Assembly (NCBI GenBank): GCA_026936335.1
Contig: JAPMXV010000074.1
Span: 124,001 to 188,000 of the forward strand
DNA: 64,000 bases
DNA from: Mantamonas sphyraenae STR306
Taxonomy: Eukaryota; Protista; CRuMs
Direction of reading: 5' to 3'
Shown: piece by piece, positions 23,201 to 34,095 of the stretch
How positions within the stretch are numbered: the first letter of the stretch is position 1
Layout: each line of letters opens with the position of its first letter
Notes under the pieces: model-generated
The model's database searches: none
Seen by the model: the letters and a program-made list of their open reading frames with translations, nothing else
What the model was told of the DNA's origin: nothing
Made by a program: the position numbers and the translations under genes

Positions 23201-26200
23201 CAACCCCCTGTGCACCTCCATCAACGACTCCATGCTTCCCTGCAACGCCTCATTCTCGTCCACAAGTGCCTCATTCCGCTTCACAAGCGCTGCCATTTCC
23301 TCTGCACGTGCACCTTCCCGTTCCCGCATGGCCTTGATCGTCTCTGCATCATTGTGCAACTGTGCCGTGCACGCCTCCAGCGTCTCACGTTCCTCGTCCG
23401 CCTGCCGCAAGAGCGCCAGCCCCATGTCCCTCGCCTGCTCCTCGCTCACACGCAGCGCCTCGCCATGGCCCATCCACGCCTCAATCACCTCTGCACTCTC
23501 CTTGTTCAGCGCACACATGGCATCCACCTGCCCCACCGCCTCCTTGTACGCCCTTCGCAACGCACCACTCGACGCTGCTGCCTCCTGCAGTTCCCCTGCC
23601 ATCATGTCCACCTTTTCATGCTGCACCCCAAGTGCGCTCATGACCCCGTCCAACACACGCTGGATGCGCTTCTGCATCTCCACCGCCTCCTCCAGCTGGC
23701 CGTTGACCTCAAAGTGCGATCGCATCAGCGACGCCACCGATTCGTCGCGCACCTCCACGTCCGCTTGCATCCTTTCGTTCACTTCCGTGATGGCTTCCAG
23801 CTGTCGTGTCAGGTGTTCATGTGCCCCACGCACCCCGTCCACGTGTTCTCGCAGCCGCACGTGTTCCCTCGTCAGCGACTTGTGCCCCGAGCCCAGGCGC
23901 TCCACCTCCTCCTGCAGCATCACAATGTGATGGGCCTGCTTCTCCACCGCCTCACTGTCTCGTGACACCATGTTGTGTTGCACCTCCAGCTGCTTGCGCA
24001 GTCGTTCGTACCCGGAACGCAGTTCGTTCGCTTCCACATCCATGCTATTCAGCTGCCTGTTCAGATTGCTCATCACCACCTCAAACTGCTCTGCTAGCAC
24101 GTCTTGCTCCACCATCTTTGCCGTCGCACGCCGTTCCAGCACCATGTGTTCCGCCATCTTGTGTGCCAGTTCGTTCTTTGCCTCCTCCGCCTTGGCCAAC
24201 TCTGCCTTGGTGTCGTCCAACTGTCGTTCCAGCGTGTCCACCAGCTCTCCTCTATTGCGCACCAGTGCTTCCAGCATCTCCTTGGCACGCACCACCTCCT
24301 GGTACTCCTCGCTCTCCTCCACCGCACTCTCCTTTGCCTCCAGCTGATGCTGCAGCGATTCCACCTTGGCATCCACCTGGTACCTTTCAAACTCCTTCTC
24401 ACGCGCCTCTGTCTTGAGTGTCTCCACCACCCGTGCCTCCGCCTCGTATCGCTTCTTCCACTCCAGCTTCTCCTTGCGCAGCGTGCCCACCTGAGCCTCC
24501 AGCTGTCGTACCGTCTCCCGCGCGTGGTTCTCCCCACGCTGCTTCTCCACACGTCCACTCTCCACCTCTTTGGTCAGCTCGTGCACCCTGTCCTCCAACC
24601 GTTCCACCTCGATCTGCTTCCGTGCCACCTCGCTCTCCAGCTTGCTTGCCTGGTTCACGCTGCTTTCGCTGTTCTTCACCGCCTTTTCCAACTCATGCTT
24701 CACCTTGCTCACCTCGCTGTGTTCCCTCTCGATGCACCTCGCCAATTCCTTGTTCAGCATGCGCATCTTTTCCCGCATTGCCTCTCCCTCCCGCTGCGCC
24801 TCCTTTGCCCTGTGTTCCATCTCCGCCTGCAAATGCCTCACTTCCAACAGATGCGCCTTTTCCATCGATGAAACCTTGCTCTGCAGCGTGCCAATCTCCC
24901 GCTGCGCCTCTTCCAGCTCTTCTGCGCCCCGCTGCAGACTCTGCGTGGCATCCTTGTTCACTTGCACCATGGCCGTCTGGCTCGACTCCATCCCCACCAT
25001 GCGTTGCTCCTGTTCCGCCACTTTCGCCCTCAGCGACGCAATCTGTGCCTCCCTGTCCAGCACATCCTGTTTCGCATGCGCCGCCTGATTCTCTGCCAGC
25101 CGCAGCTTCACGTGCAACCCGTCCACTTCATCGCGTCGCTCCTGTTCCTTGAGCTCGTGTGTCTCCACACGGCTGCTGAGTTCCACCTCGCGTTTGTGGC
25201 TTTGCTCCTCCAGTTCCCGCAGCTGCGCCAGCGTGCGCTCGTGGTCCACGTTCAATGTTTGCAGCCGTTCGTCGCTGTCATCCAACTCGGCCACCCGTTG
25301 TTCCGCACGTTGTGCTCGCTTGTTGCTCTCTCGCAACCGCGACGTCAAATCTACAATGGCCGTTTCCTGACGCGTGTTCTCGTCCACACGTTCCCTCTGA
25401 CACCGCTCCAGTTCCGCCTTGAGACTGGCTTCGGCTTGTCGATGTGCCACCAATGCCCGCTCCTTGTCCTTGGTCAGCAGTGAGACCTGTGCCTGGAGCT
25501 CGTTGGCCATGCTTGTCCTCCTGCTGGCCTCTGCCTTGGCGTCGGACAGTTCGTCCGTCAGAGCGCTCACCTGCGCCTGCAACTGCCTCGTGTGCAGATC
25601 ACCACCGTCCACTTGCTTCTGCAGTGCCGTCACCTGCGCCTCTGCCTGTCGCAATGCGTTGCGCAATTGGTTTACGCTTGCCTCGTGGCTCACCTTGGCT
25701 TCGTTCATCTCGTTGCGAAGCAACAAGGCCTCGTGTCGTCCTTGTTCCACCTCGCCTTGCAACTGTTTGATGCGCAGTGCCGCCGCCTGTTGCTGTGTGC
25801 TCGCACTGCTGCGTGCCTCCTCCACCTCGTGTTCGCTGGCGGTCAACGCCACTCGCTTCTCCTCCAACTCGTTGCTCACCTTGAGCAGCTTGTTCTTGGT
25901 CTTTTCCAGTTCCTGACTCAGCGATTCCCTCTTTGACTGCAACGCCATACTCTTCAGTGTCGTCGCCGTCTTTGTCTTGCTCGCATGCTTCCGTGCCTCC
26001 TCCGCCTCTTCCACCGCCGCCTGTCGCAGCTTCTCCATCTCTGCCAGCTCTTGGGCGTGACGAAGCCGCTCTTCCGCCGCCTCCCGTTCCATCGCCTCGA
26101 TCTGCGACTCCAACTGGCTGATGCGCTTTGCCCGCGTCCGTGTCTCCTCCCTGTACTCTGCCGCATCCTTCCGTGCCACCTCCAGCTGCATGTTGGCCGC

Positions 26201-28098
26201 CCGTTCCTTCTCGTTTGCAGCCTCCTTTTCCGCCTTGGCTTCCTTCAGGGCCGCCTTGACGCTGTTCAGGATTTCCTGGTTCAGTTGCATCTGCAGCTTT
26301 TGCGTCTCCCCTGCCTTTTGGCTCTTGTTCAGCTCCCGTTGGGTGAGTTGCAACTGCTGCAGCAATTGCACGTCCTCCCCTCCCGTGTCCAGCCCCCCCA
26401 TGCCCATCCGTTGCAATCCGCTTGGCGAGCGAGGTGACGGCGAGGACGACGAGGATGCACGCGCAGACGCCGACGACGAGCCTCCCACACTCGTGTTTGT
26501 GCTCTCGGACATGGAGTCCATGGACATGCGCTTGAGTTCCAGGGACAGGACGTCGTCGTAGTACGTCACCTGCATGCTGCGGTCGCAGGAGGAGCCGCCG
26601 TAGACAAAGAAGCGAGCAGGTGAGTGAACACCTGCCATGGCCATTGCCATGCCCTCACGTGCCGCACTGGTGCCACTCGTCTTGGCACTGCTACTGGGCT
26701 TGTGCCAACGTGACGCCAGGATGTCCAGCACGTGAAAGTCCTTGAATGTGTGCAGGGCGTGGGAGTACGTGTACCCGCCCATCACCAGCAGGTGTGGCAC
26801 CCCAGACAGGTCCAACACAGCCATGGCATGGTTCGCACGTGCCGACGGACCCGATCCAGCGGTGATGGGTGAATGCCATCGTTTGGTGTCCAGGTCCAGC
26901 ACCGTCAGGTCGTCGTAAAAGGTGTCAAAGTAGTTGTACTTGTGGCCACCAAACATGTACAACTTGTTCTGGTGTGCACACACACTGCTGTATGCACGTG
27001 CGCCAGGTTTGCTTCCTGTGCATTGCAGCTGCGTCCACGTCCATCGCGTCGTGTCCAGCTGCCACACGTCGTCGTAGAACGTGGAATCATCCATGCCGCC
27101 AAACACGTACAGCATGTGTCCCACCATCGTTGCCGCGTGGCCCTTGCGAGGTGCAGGCGCGTTTCCCTGTGTTGCAAGCGTGAGTGTTTGTGGGGGTGTT
27201 TGTGTGTGTGTGCGTGCGTGTCAGTCGTCTTGCAGATTTGCAGCCAATTCTGCCCGTTTGCCAGACATCACTTTGCGGACTCCCTCTGGACCCAGTGGGG
27301 GTACGACGTGTGTTGTAGGCACGCATGCATGGCAATTGGCCACGAGACAAGGCGTATGCATTGTCTCGACAGGCGGTGAGGCAGGAATGAGGCGAGGTGC
27401 GTGTGGAGAAAAGGAACGCAACGAAAGGAAGAGGGACAAGCATGACTCACCTGCGCACGCTGCACGCTCCATACGCTGGACGAGGCGTTGTACAGAAAGA
27501 GGTCGTTTGTGCAAACGGCGTCGCCGTCGTCTGTGAGGGCACTTCCACCAAAGAGGAGGATGTACGAGGTGTCGTACGCGTGCATGGAGTGACCTGAGCG
27601 GGGAGCTGGGATGTCGCCGCTGGCATCCACCAGCGTCCACTGCTTTCCGTCGACCCCAAATGCCCACACGTTGCTGTCCATGGTGAGGTCCTTCTGATTG
27701 TGTGGCACGCCACCAAACATGTACAGCGAGTCCTTGGCCAGGGCCATGGCGTGGCCGTCGCGTGAACCAGGCTGAAGCAACGAGTGCGACGGCAGCTGTT
27801 GCACATCCACCACCAGCGGGTCGGTGCTCGACGACGACACACTTCCACTGGTGCTGGTGGTGCTGCTGCTGTGGAAGCGTCGGAATGACGACGGTGACGA
27901 TGGTGACGACGGTTGGAGGCGAAAGGAAGAGGCACGGGCTGACGAGGGCGAGCCCAGGCCAGGCGAACGGTAGGAAGAGGCACGTGGGGAGGCAGGCGAG
28001 ACTGAACGTGAGCTTGGTGATCGGCGTACACTCGGACTGGAGGGTGTGGATGACGATGATGAGGCCAGCCACGACCAGTTGGAGGAGGACGATGACAT
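20207..28098 (-). CDS. Giant kelch-repeat + coiled-coil protein with tandem 15-aa repeats, 2 exons (~2535 aa)
   Basis: Exon 1 28098-27451 (Ser-rich, then kelch RDGHAM...LYMFGG, PRSGHSM...LLFGG), intron CAG|GTGAGT...ACAG|, exon 2 27166-20207 (further kelch blades, ~1200 aa coiled coil, repeat tail). Confidence 0.85.
20315..21400 (-). repeat. Coding higher-order tandem repeat: alternating 258- and 168-bp units (426-bp period)
   Basis: The atgccatctgcttctgctg anchor recurs at 20443, 20701, 20869, 21127 and 21295. It encodes KEKEEALAEQQGKLE / KEKEDALAEQQKQMA / SQHGDNEAEIK / KAHEDALAALQSKLE. Confidence 0.9.
21400..22845 (-). repeat. Coding minisatellite, 45-bp unit, about 32 copies (KEREDALAEQH[G/E]KMT)
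   Basis: Near-identical 45-bp units are visible in both the DNA and the translation. Confidence 0.92.
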
Positions 28099-28445
28099 CC
28101 TCGCTGGGTTTTGGTTGGCAGCGCGGGTGGTGTGCCTGTTGTGGGCGGCAGTGCAATGGTGTCCACTGCCTTGCTTGGTTGTGTCCACGTGTGTGTGTGT
28201 GCGTGTCAGTGTGTGACTGTGTGCAGCAGCATCGACAGTGTGTCTGCGTGGCCATGCAGTGTGCTCCTGCCCAGAGGAGTGATGGGGTGTTGGTGTGTGA
28301 CACCATTGCACAATGCCAGATTCAACTGGTGTGGCTTTGTTGTTGGGTGTTCGCTCTGTCCACTCCTCTGCCCAATGGTCCAGCAGCACCATTGCCCACC
28401 TTCTCTTCATTCTCCCATCCCTGCCCACACATCCTCCAACGCTCT

Positions 28446-31400
28446 CTAAACTCCGTCATTGTCTTCTTCTGCCGCTTCCAGAGAGCCCATCGACCCTGCT
28501 CTCTCCCCACGCAGCTCTTCCAGATGCAGCTGCAGATCCACAACCACCACACGCAGTTCTTCCAACTCCTTGCCAGATGACGACGATGACCCCATCCCGT
28601 CCATCTCCTCCAGCGTCTGTGCCACCATCGATCGCACGGCGTCCATGTCTGCTGTACCCCTGGCCATTTGTTTCACCTGCAGCTCTGTCACCCAGCCCAG
28701 CAGCTGTGGATACTGCTTTGCCACTTTCTTGATCGCTTTCCATGACTTGCCCAGCCGCCGTTCCATGCTTCCGACACGCTCCTCCATGTCTTTTCGCCAC
28801 GCTTGCAGTTCCTTCAGTGCATCGTTGTCATCCAGCACACGTCCATACAGCAGCGCATGTGTATGCAAGCTGACCATGTGCACCATGCATCGCCCACAGT
28901 TCTCTTTCTCAACCTCCACCAGCGTAGACATATCCACACGCAACGTGTGCTGTGCCCAATCCATCCGCAACACCTCCTCAACATTCCCACTGCCCACACA
29001 CACGTGACACAGTGGATAGCACCGCATGCTCCCAGTCAGTCCGTCGCACAGCCCGCTCTCGGCCGCCAGCCGTCGCAAAAGCACCTCCACCTGTCCCATC
29101 GTCTCTGCCACCCCACGCCACGAGTCTTGCGCAACCACAACGTCCATGTACCGCGAGTGTGGCTCATGCACAACCACAATGTGCGGCGCATTCGCTGGCC
29201 ACACGTGCATCCAGTTGGTGTGCACGTGCTCGATGTCGATTCCTTCCGGGTATGCCTCAATCAGCCTCACCTGCACCAGGTTGAACAGCGCAGGTGGCAG
29301 CATGTGCCAATTCTCTGCCTGCCATGCCTCATCCTGCTCCTGCTCCTCGTCATCCCCTTCTCCTTCCCGGCCCGTCACCACCCACACAAACCGACGTCCA
29401 ATCCGACACCCGTTCCCACCCATCCACTCCCCAGGCATCTCCGTCTCCACCGTCCGCAGAAACGGAAACACAAGCGTGTCTGTCCCCACCCGTGCGCACA
29501 TCTCCACCTCACACAGCAGCTCCAGCAACACATCCGCCACCCCATCCTCATCACCTCCGTCACCTCCTCCTCCCCAAATCTTCCCATGCAGCTCCGCCAC
29601 CTGCTCTCGCAATCCATCATCCCATTTCAACAGCCCATGGTGCTTCCCCTCCGCAATCTGGTCCTCTTTGTCCAGCTCCTGCACCTCTGCACCGCTCACA
29701 AAGCCTCCCATCAGCTTCGCCAGCCACACAGGGTCCACCACAACCACCCCTGCCCCTCTGTGCCACACCACCTCCTGCATGTGGTGCAGTTCCTCCAGCG
29801 ATGCGGCAAAGATCCGCCCGCTCTTGCTCGGAAAATGCTCCTGTAGCTTCTCATTCCTCTTGACCATCTTCTCCAGTTCCTCCACACGCATCCACGGCTG
29901 CTCCATCCCACCATTCTTCCGCAGTCCCTGCACATACTTCTGCAGCTCCACTGTCCCGCGTGGCACCATCCTCCTCTCTGCCAGTGCCACACTCGCATCC
30001 TCCAAACTGCCCAACAACCCATCCACGTTGTCCTTCCACACATCCCCATCTACCACAAACACTCCCTTCTCTGCATCCATCCGCAGCTGCTCGTATCTCT
30101 TGCTTTCCTTCCACCCTTCCACCCACCCTTTCACCATCCCACATGCCTCTTCCCGATCCATCCTCTCCCCCACCTTCACCTTCTCTCCCAGATCTGCATG
30201 TGTCACCACAAACCACATCTGCGGCTTCTTCTTCCCTGCCACCTTGGGTGCCACCTTGCTCGCCACCATGTCCAGCCACACCTCCAGCTCCCCACGTGCT
30301 GCCTCCATGTCCACCCTGTGTCCACCTTCCACTGCATCCCACGCCACCATCGATGCCACCAGCACAAACACCCCGCCCTGGCCCATCAACAGGTACTGGT
30401 GGCCCACCCAGTACTCTGCCTGTCCGCCATAGTCACTGATACGCACACGCACATCCCCATCCCTCAGATCAAACTCATACACATCCATGCTGTGTGTCGC
30501 ATCCGTCGTCCTCTCCTCGCTGTCTAGCTTGCGTTTGGCTGTGCGCCACCTGAAGAACACCTTGCCCCACTCTCCCCACGAGCTGTTCCGCTTCATCGTG
30601 TCAATCAACGTCGTCTTGCCCTGTCCACCATGTCCCAGCACCATCCAGTTGACCCATTCCCACGCCGTGTCCATCCGTCCCAGATACTCCACCACCGCTT
30701 GCGCTCCTTTCTTCACCACAAACCCAGGCACATCGTCCAACGCCTCCTCGTGCTCCAGCAGCAAGTGCTCCAACTTCCCGAGATTCTCCATTGCTTGTCT
30801 GGGCAACACGCTGATGCCTGATCTCCGCAGATCCAGGACACGCAGATCCGCACACTGGCCAATCTCCTCAGGAAGCTCTGTCACATCACACTCACTCTCA
30901 GCCACCAAACACAGCGCCTGAGCTTGGATGCACCGAGCAGAGGACAGCTCAGCAGCCAACTGCTGCGATGTGGAGAACGACACAAGGCCATCCCGCTCAG
31001 CCCAGGCACCCAGCATGGCCAAATGTGTCGACGGGTGTCTGCTTGCTGCGATGTCCAGTGGAGTCTCTCCATAACCGGATTTGACAGTGATACTTGCACC
31101 ACGAGCGATGAGTAGCATTGCAATTTCTGTGAACCCACTCTCTGCAGCATTGAACAACGGTGTTCGTCCGTACTCATCTGCTTTGTCCACCTTTGCTCCC
31201 CTGTCCAACAGCATCTTTGCCGTCTCTGTGTGCCCATCGCGTGCTGCACTGTGCAACGGTGTCCTCCCGTGCTTACGGGGCTTGTCCACAAGTGCTCCCC
31301 AGTCGAGCAGCATCGTAGCAGTTTCTGTGTGTCCGTTTTCTGCTGCAAGGTGCAACGGTGTCGACCCGGTCCACCGCGCTTTCTCCACCTGTGCTCCCCT

Positions 31401-31766
31401 GTCCAGCAGTATCGTCGCCGTCTCTGTGTGCCCGTTCCTTGATGCATTGAGCAACGGCGTCCACCCGTCCCCGTCCGCCTTGTCCACCTCTGCTCCCCTG
31501 TCCAGCAGCAGCTTTGCCGTCTCTGTGTGCCCGTACTTTGCTGCAACATGCAACGGTATCGCTCCGTCGCCCCTCCTCGTGTTCACCTCTGCTCCCCTAT
31601 CCAGCAGTAGCTTTGCCGCAGTAGTTTGCCCCCGTTGCACCGCGTGGTGCAACGCTGTCCATCCTCGCCAACCCTCGTCGTTCACATCTGCACCCCGATC
31701 AATCAACTCCTCCATTACACGAGTATCACCCCACCTCACTGCTTCAATCAGCTCTGTGTCGCTCAT
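28446..31766 (-). CDS. Roco protein A: ankyrin (N-cap + 6 + C-cap) - short LRR - Roc GTPase - COR - coiled coil
   Basis: ANK GxTPLHxAA; LRR LPEEIGQCADLRVLDLRRSGISVLP; linker VPGFVVKKGAQAVVEYL; Roc G1 GHGGQGKTT, G2 DATHSMDV, G3 DYGGQAEYWVGHQYLL, G4 VVTHAD; COR LEELHH...VVVDPVWLAKLM, LVFPFLR, LPPALFNLVQVRL. Intronless, stop TAG. Confidence 0.9.
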   Translation of the reverse strand: MSDTELIEAVRWGDTRVMEELIDRGADVNDEGWRGWTALHHAVQRGQTTAAKLLLDRGAEVNTRRGDGAIPLHVAAKYGHTETAKLLLDRGAEVDKADGDGWTPLLNASRNGHTETATILLDRGAQVEKARWTGSTPLHLAAENGHTETATMLLDWGALVDKPRKHGRTPLHSAARDGHTETAKMLLDRGAKVDKADEYGRTPLFNAAESGFTEIAMLLIARGASITVKSGYGETPLDIAASRHPSTHLAMLGAWAERDGLVSFSTSQQLAAELSSARCIQAQALCLVAESECDVTELPEEIGQCADLRVLDLRRSGISVLPRQAMENLGKLEHLLLEHEEALDDVPGFVVKKGAQAVVEYLGRMDTAWEWVNWMVLGHGGQGKTTLIDTMKRNSSWGEWGKVFFRWRTAKRKLDSEERTTDATHSMDVYEFDLRDGDVRVRISDYGGQAEYWVGHQYLLMGQGGVFVLVASMVAWDAVEGGHRVDMEAARGELEVWLDMVASKVAPKVAGKKKPQMWFVVTHADLGEKVKVGERMDREEACGMVKGWVEGWKESKRYEQLRMDAEKGVFVVDGDVWKDNVDGLLGSLEDASVALAERRMVPRGTVELQKYVQGLRKNGGMEQPWMRVEELEKMVKRNEKLQEHFPSKSGRIFAASLEELHHMQEVVWHRGAGVVVVDPVWLAKLMGGFVSGAEVQELDKEDQIAEGKHHGLLKWDDGLREQVAELHGKIWGGGGDGGDEDGVADVLLELLCEVEMCARVGTDTLVFPFLRTVETEMPGEWMGGNGCRIGRRFVWVVTGREGEGDDEEQEQDEAWQAENWHMLPPALFNLVQVRLIEAYPEGIDIEHVHTNWMHVWPANAPHIVVVHEPHSRYMDVVVAQDSWRGVAETMGQVEVLLRRLAAESGLCDGLTGSMRCYPLCHVCVGSGNVEEVLRMDWAQHTLRVDMSTLVEVEKENCGRCMVHMVSLHTHALLYGRVLDDNDALKELQAWRKDMEERVGSMERRLGKSWKAIKKVAKQYPQLLGWVTELQVKQMARGTADMDAVRSMVAQTLEEMDGMGSSSSSGKELEELRVVVVDLQLHLEELRGERAGSMGSLEAAEEDNDGV

Positions 31767-32729
31767 CCTCCAGTTCTGCCCCACACGTCAGCCTTCCAAC
31801 CTCCCTCCCAAACGCCCACTCCCACACTCACACCCTCTCCTCCCCACCAACACATTGCACATTGTTCCCACTCACCTTTCACAATCCAATTGCCCCTCCC
31901 TGCGCACCTAGCATCCATTCCCTTTCCCTCTCTGCTCCTCTGTTCCCTCCCACTCCCAATCACCCCATTGCCACCCAACCCCCACCAGCCCTTTCCGTCT
32001 CTCATTCTTCAATCCTTCCCGTTCTGCTTCTCCTCCCCCCGGCATACCTCCATCGCAAGTGCCACCCCCACCCGGCAACTGCCAGCACACGCCTCACAGC
32101 CTTCCTCATCGAGGATTCCCACACTCTAAACCACGCTATTTCATCTTGAAACACCCTTCATCCACCCCTGGCGATGTCACGAGTCAACGGCGACGTGTGC
32201 TTCGATCTGCTCAGAGCTGGCACTGTAGATCAATATCCCAAACACCCTCATCAGCCTCCTGTCCTGCCACAACGTGCTGCCACTGCCATCATACTCATCC
32301 AGTGTGTCCACCTCGCCGATCAAGCACACAAACTGATACAGCAGTGCAACAGGGAACAGCAGCTGCCACTGCATCCACCCCAAACACCTCCACCATGCAC
32401 TTGCTGCACATTCAGTGAGTGCCACAATCTCACCTTTGCACACAATCCTCTCATCACACCGTACCACTGCCCCAGCCGTCCCTCACATGTCAGCACACAC
32501 AATCCCTCTTCCCACCCTCACATCCCACACGATCCCCCCCCCACCCCTCGCAATCAACTCCATGCCAAACCAACACACTCTCCACACCTCACGCGCGTGT
32601 ATCAATCTCAAACTACGGCAGAAAGCAGGGGGCAATCTTTGTTCTTGCTCTCTCCCTCGGTCTCTCTCTCTCTGCCCACACTGGATACAAGCAGCAGCAG
32701 CAGCAGCAGCAGCTTCACAGCTGTTCCAC

Positions 32730-33215
32730 TTACTCCTCCCACTCATCAGCAGAGTCCTCCTCCTCCTCATCGGAGCTGGAGCCCTCAGAGTAGTCATCCA
32801 CATCCTCAATGTCAGACTGCAGCAGACGCGGGCTGAACACAGCTGCCGTGGCCACGGGCATACCGCCACCGTACTGAGTGCGGAACGTACCGTCGGCCTT
32901 CTGGTGCGGCCACACGCCAGCCTTCTCCATTGTGTAGCGCACGTTGCGGAACTTCTCGCGGAAGTTGTAGTACGCCTGGCCCACCTTGGTCTGCGAGAAC
33001 TTCTTGCCAAACTCAGCACCCAGCTTCTGGCGCAGCGCCGTCTTGGCCTTGTCACCGTACTTCATCACCTGCTTCTTCAGGAAGTCGCGGGCGTCAAAGT
33101 TCTCCTTGGCCACAATCTTGTTGACCGAGTTCATCACCTCACCGTACTTCTGCGAGATCATCTGGAAGGTCTTGCTCTTGGACAGCGACTCACGGATGCG
33201 GGCCAGCACACCGTT
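32730..33215 (-). pseudogene. Duplicated 3' fragment of the cationic secreted gene (copy 1), frame intact
   Basis: Matches 45066-45551 with only three substitutions that I could see. Lacks the signal peptide and upstream exons. Confidence 0.8.
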
Positions 33216-33264
33216 GGTCACACAGTCGACGGTGGTGGACCTGAGGGCATTCTGTGGGCTTTTG

Positions 33265-33747
33265 TCACCCCTTGAGGAGGGTCAAACGGGCAGTGACCCA
33301 CACGTTGCTGTCCATGGTGAGATCCTTCTGATTGTGTGGTACGCCACCAAACATGTACAGCGAGTCCTTGGCCAGGGCCATGGCGTGGCCGTCGCGTGAA
33401 CCAGGCTGAAGCAATGAGTGCGACGCCAGCCGCTGCACATCCACCACCAGCGGGTCGGTGCTCGACGACGACACACTTCCACTGGTGCTTGCGCTGGTGG
33501 TGCTGGTGGTGTTGGTGCTGTGGAAGCGGCGGAACGACGACGGTGACGATGGTGACGACGGTTGGAGGCGAAAGGAAGAGGCACGGGCTGACGAGGGCGA
33601 GCCCAGGCCAGGCGAACGGTAGGAAGAGGCACGTGGGGAGGCAGGCGAGGCTGAACGTGAGCTTGGTGATCGACGTACACTGGGACTGGAGGGTGTGGAT
33701 GACGATGATGAGGCCAGCCACGACCAGTTGGAGGAGGACGATGACAT
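33265..33747 (-). pseudogene. Duplicated, truncated 5' fragment of the kelch/coiled-coil gene (copy 1)
   Basis: MSSSSSNWSW...LYMFGGVPHNQKDLTMDSNVW matches 28098-27663, then runs into the filler (VTARLTLLKG*). Confidence 0.8.
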
Positions 33748-34095
33748 CCTCGCTGGGTTTTTGGTTGGCAGCGCGTGTGGTGTGCCTGTTGTGGGCGGCA
33801 GTGCAATGGTGTCCACTGCCTTGCTTGGTTGTGTCCACGTGTGTGTGTGTGCGTGTCAGTGTGTGACTGTGTGCAGCAGCATCGACAGTGTGTCTGCGTG
33901 GCCATGCAGTGTGCTCCTGCCCAGAGGAGTGATGGGGTGTTGGTGTGTGACACCATTGCACAATGCAGGATTCAACTGGTGTGGCTTTGTTGTTGGGTGT
34001 TCGCTCTGTCCACTCCTCTGTCCAATGGTCCAGCAGCATCGTAGCCCAACTTATCTTCATTCTCCCATCCCTGCCCACACATCACCCAACGCTCT

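Noticed and set aside
21264-23965. Long plus-strand ORFs (347, 681 and 870 aa) with Cys/Ser/Leu/His repeats
   Set aside because: They are antisense shadows of the 45-bp coding minisatellite.
32177-32467. Small minus-strand ORF upstream of each Roco gene (FVCL.GEVDTL..YDGSGSTL.Q; also 37952-38185 and 44530-44736)
   Set aside because: Starts, stops and frames differ among the three copies, so the similarity is explained by the duplication. It could at most be a decayed coding remnant.
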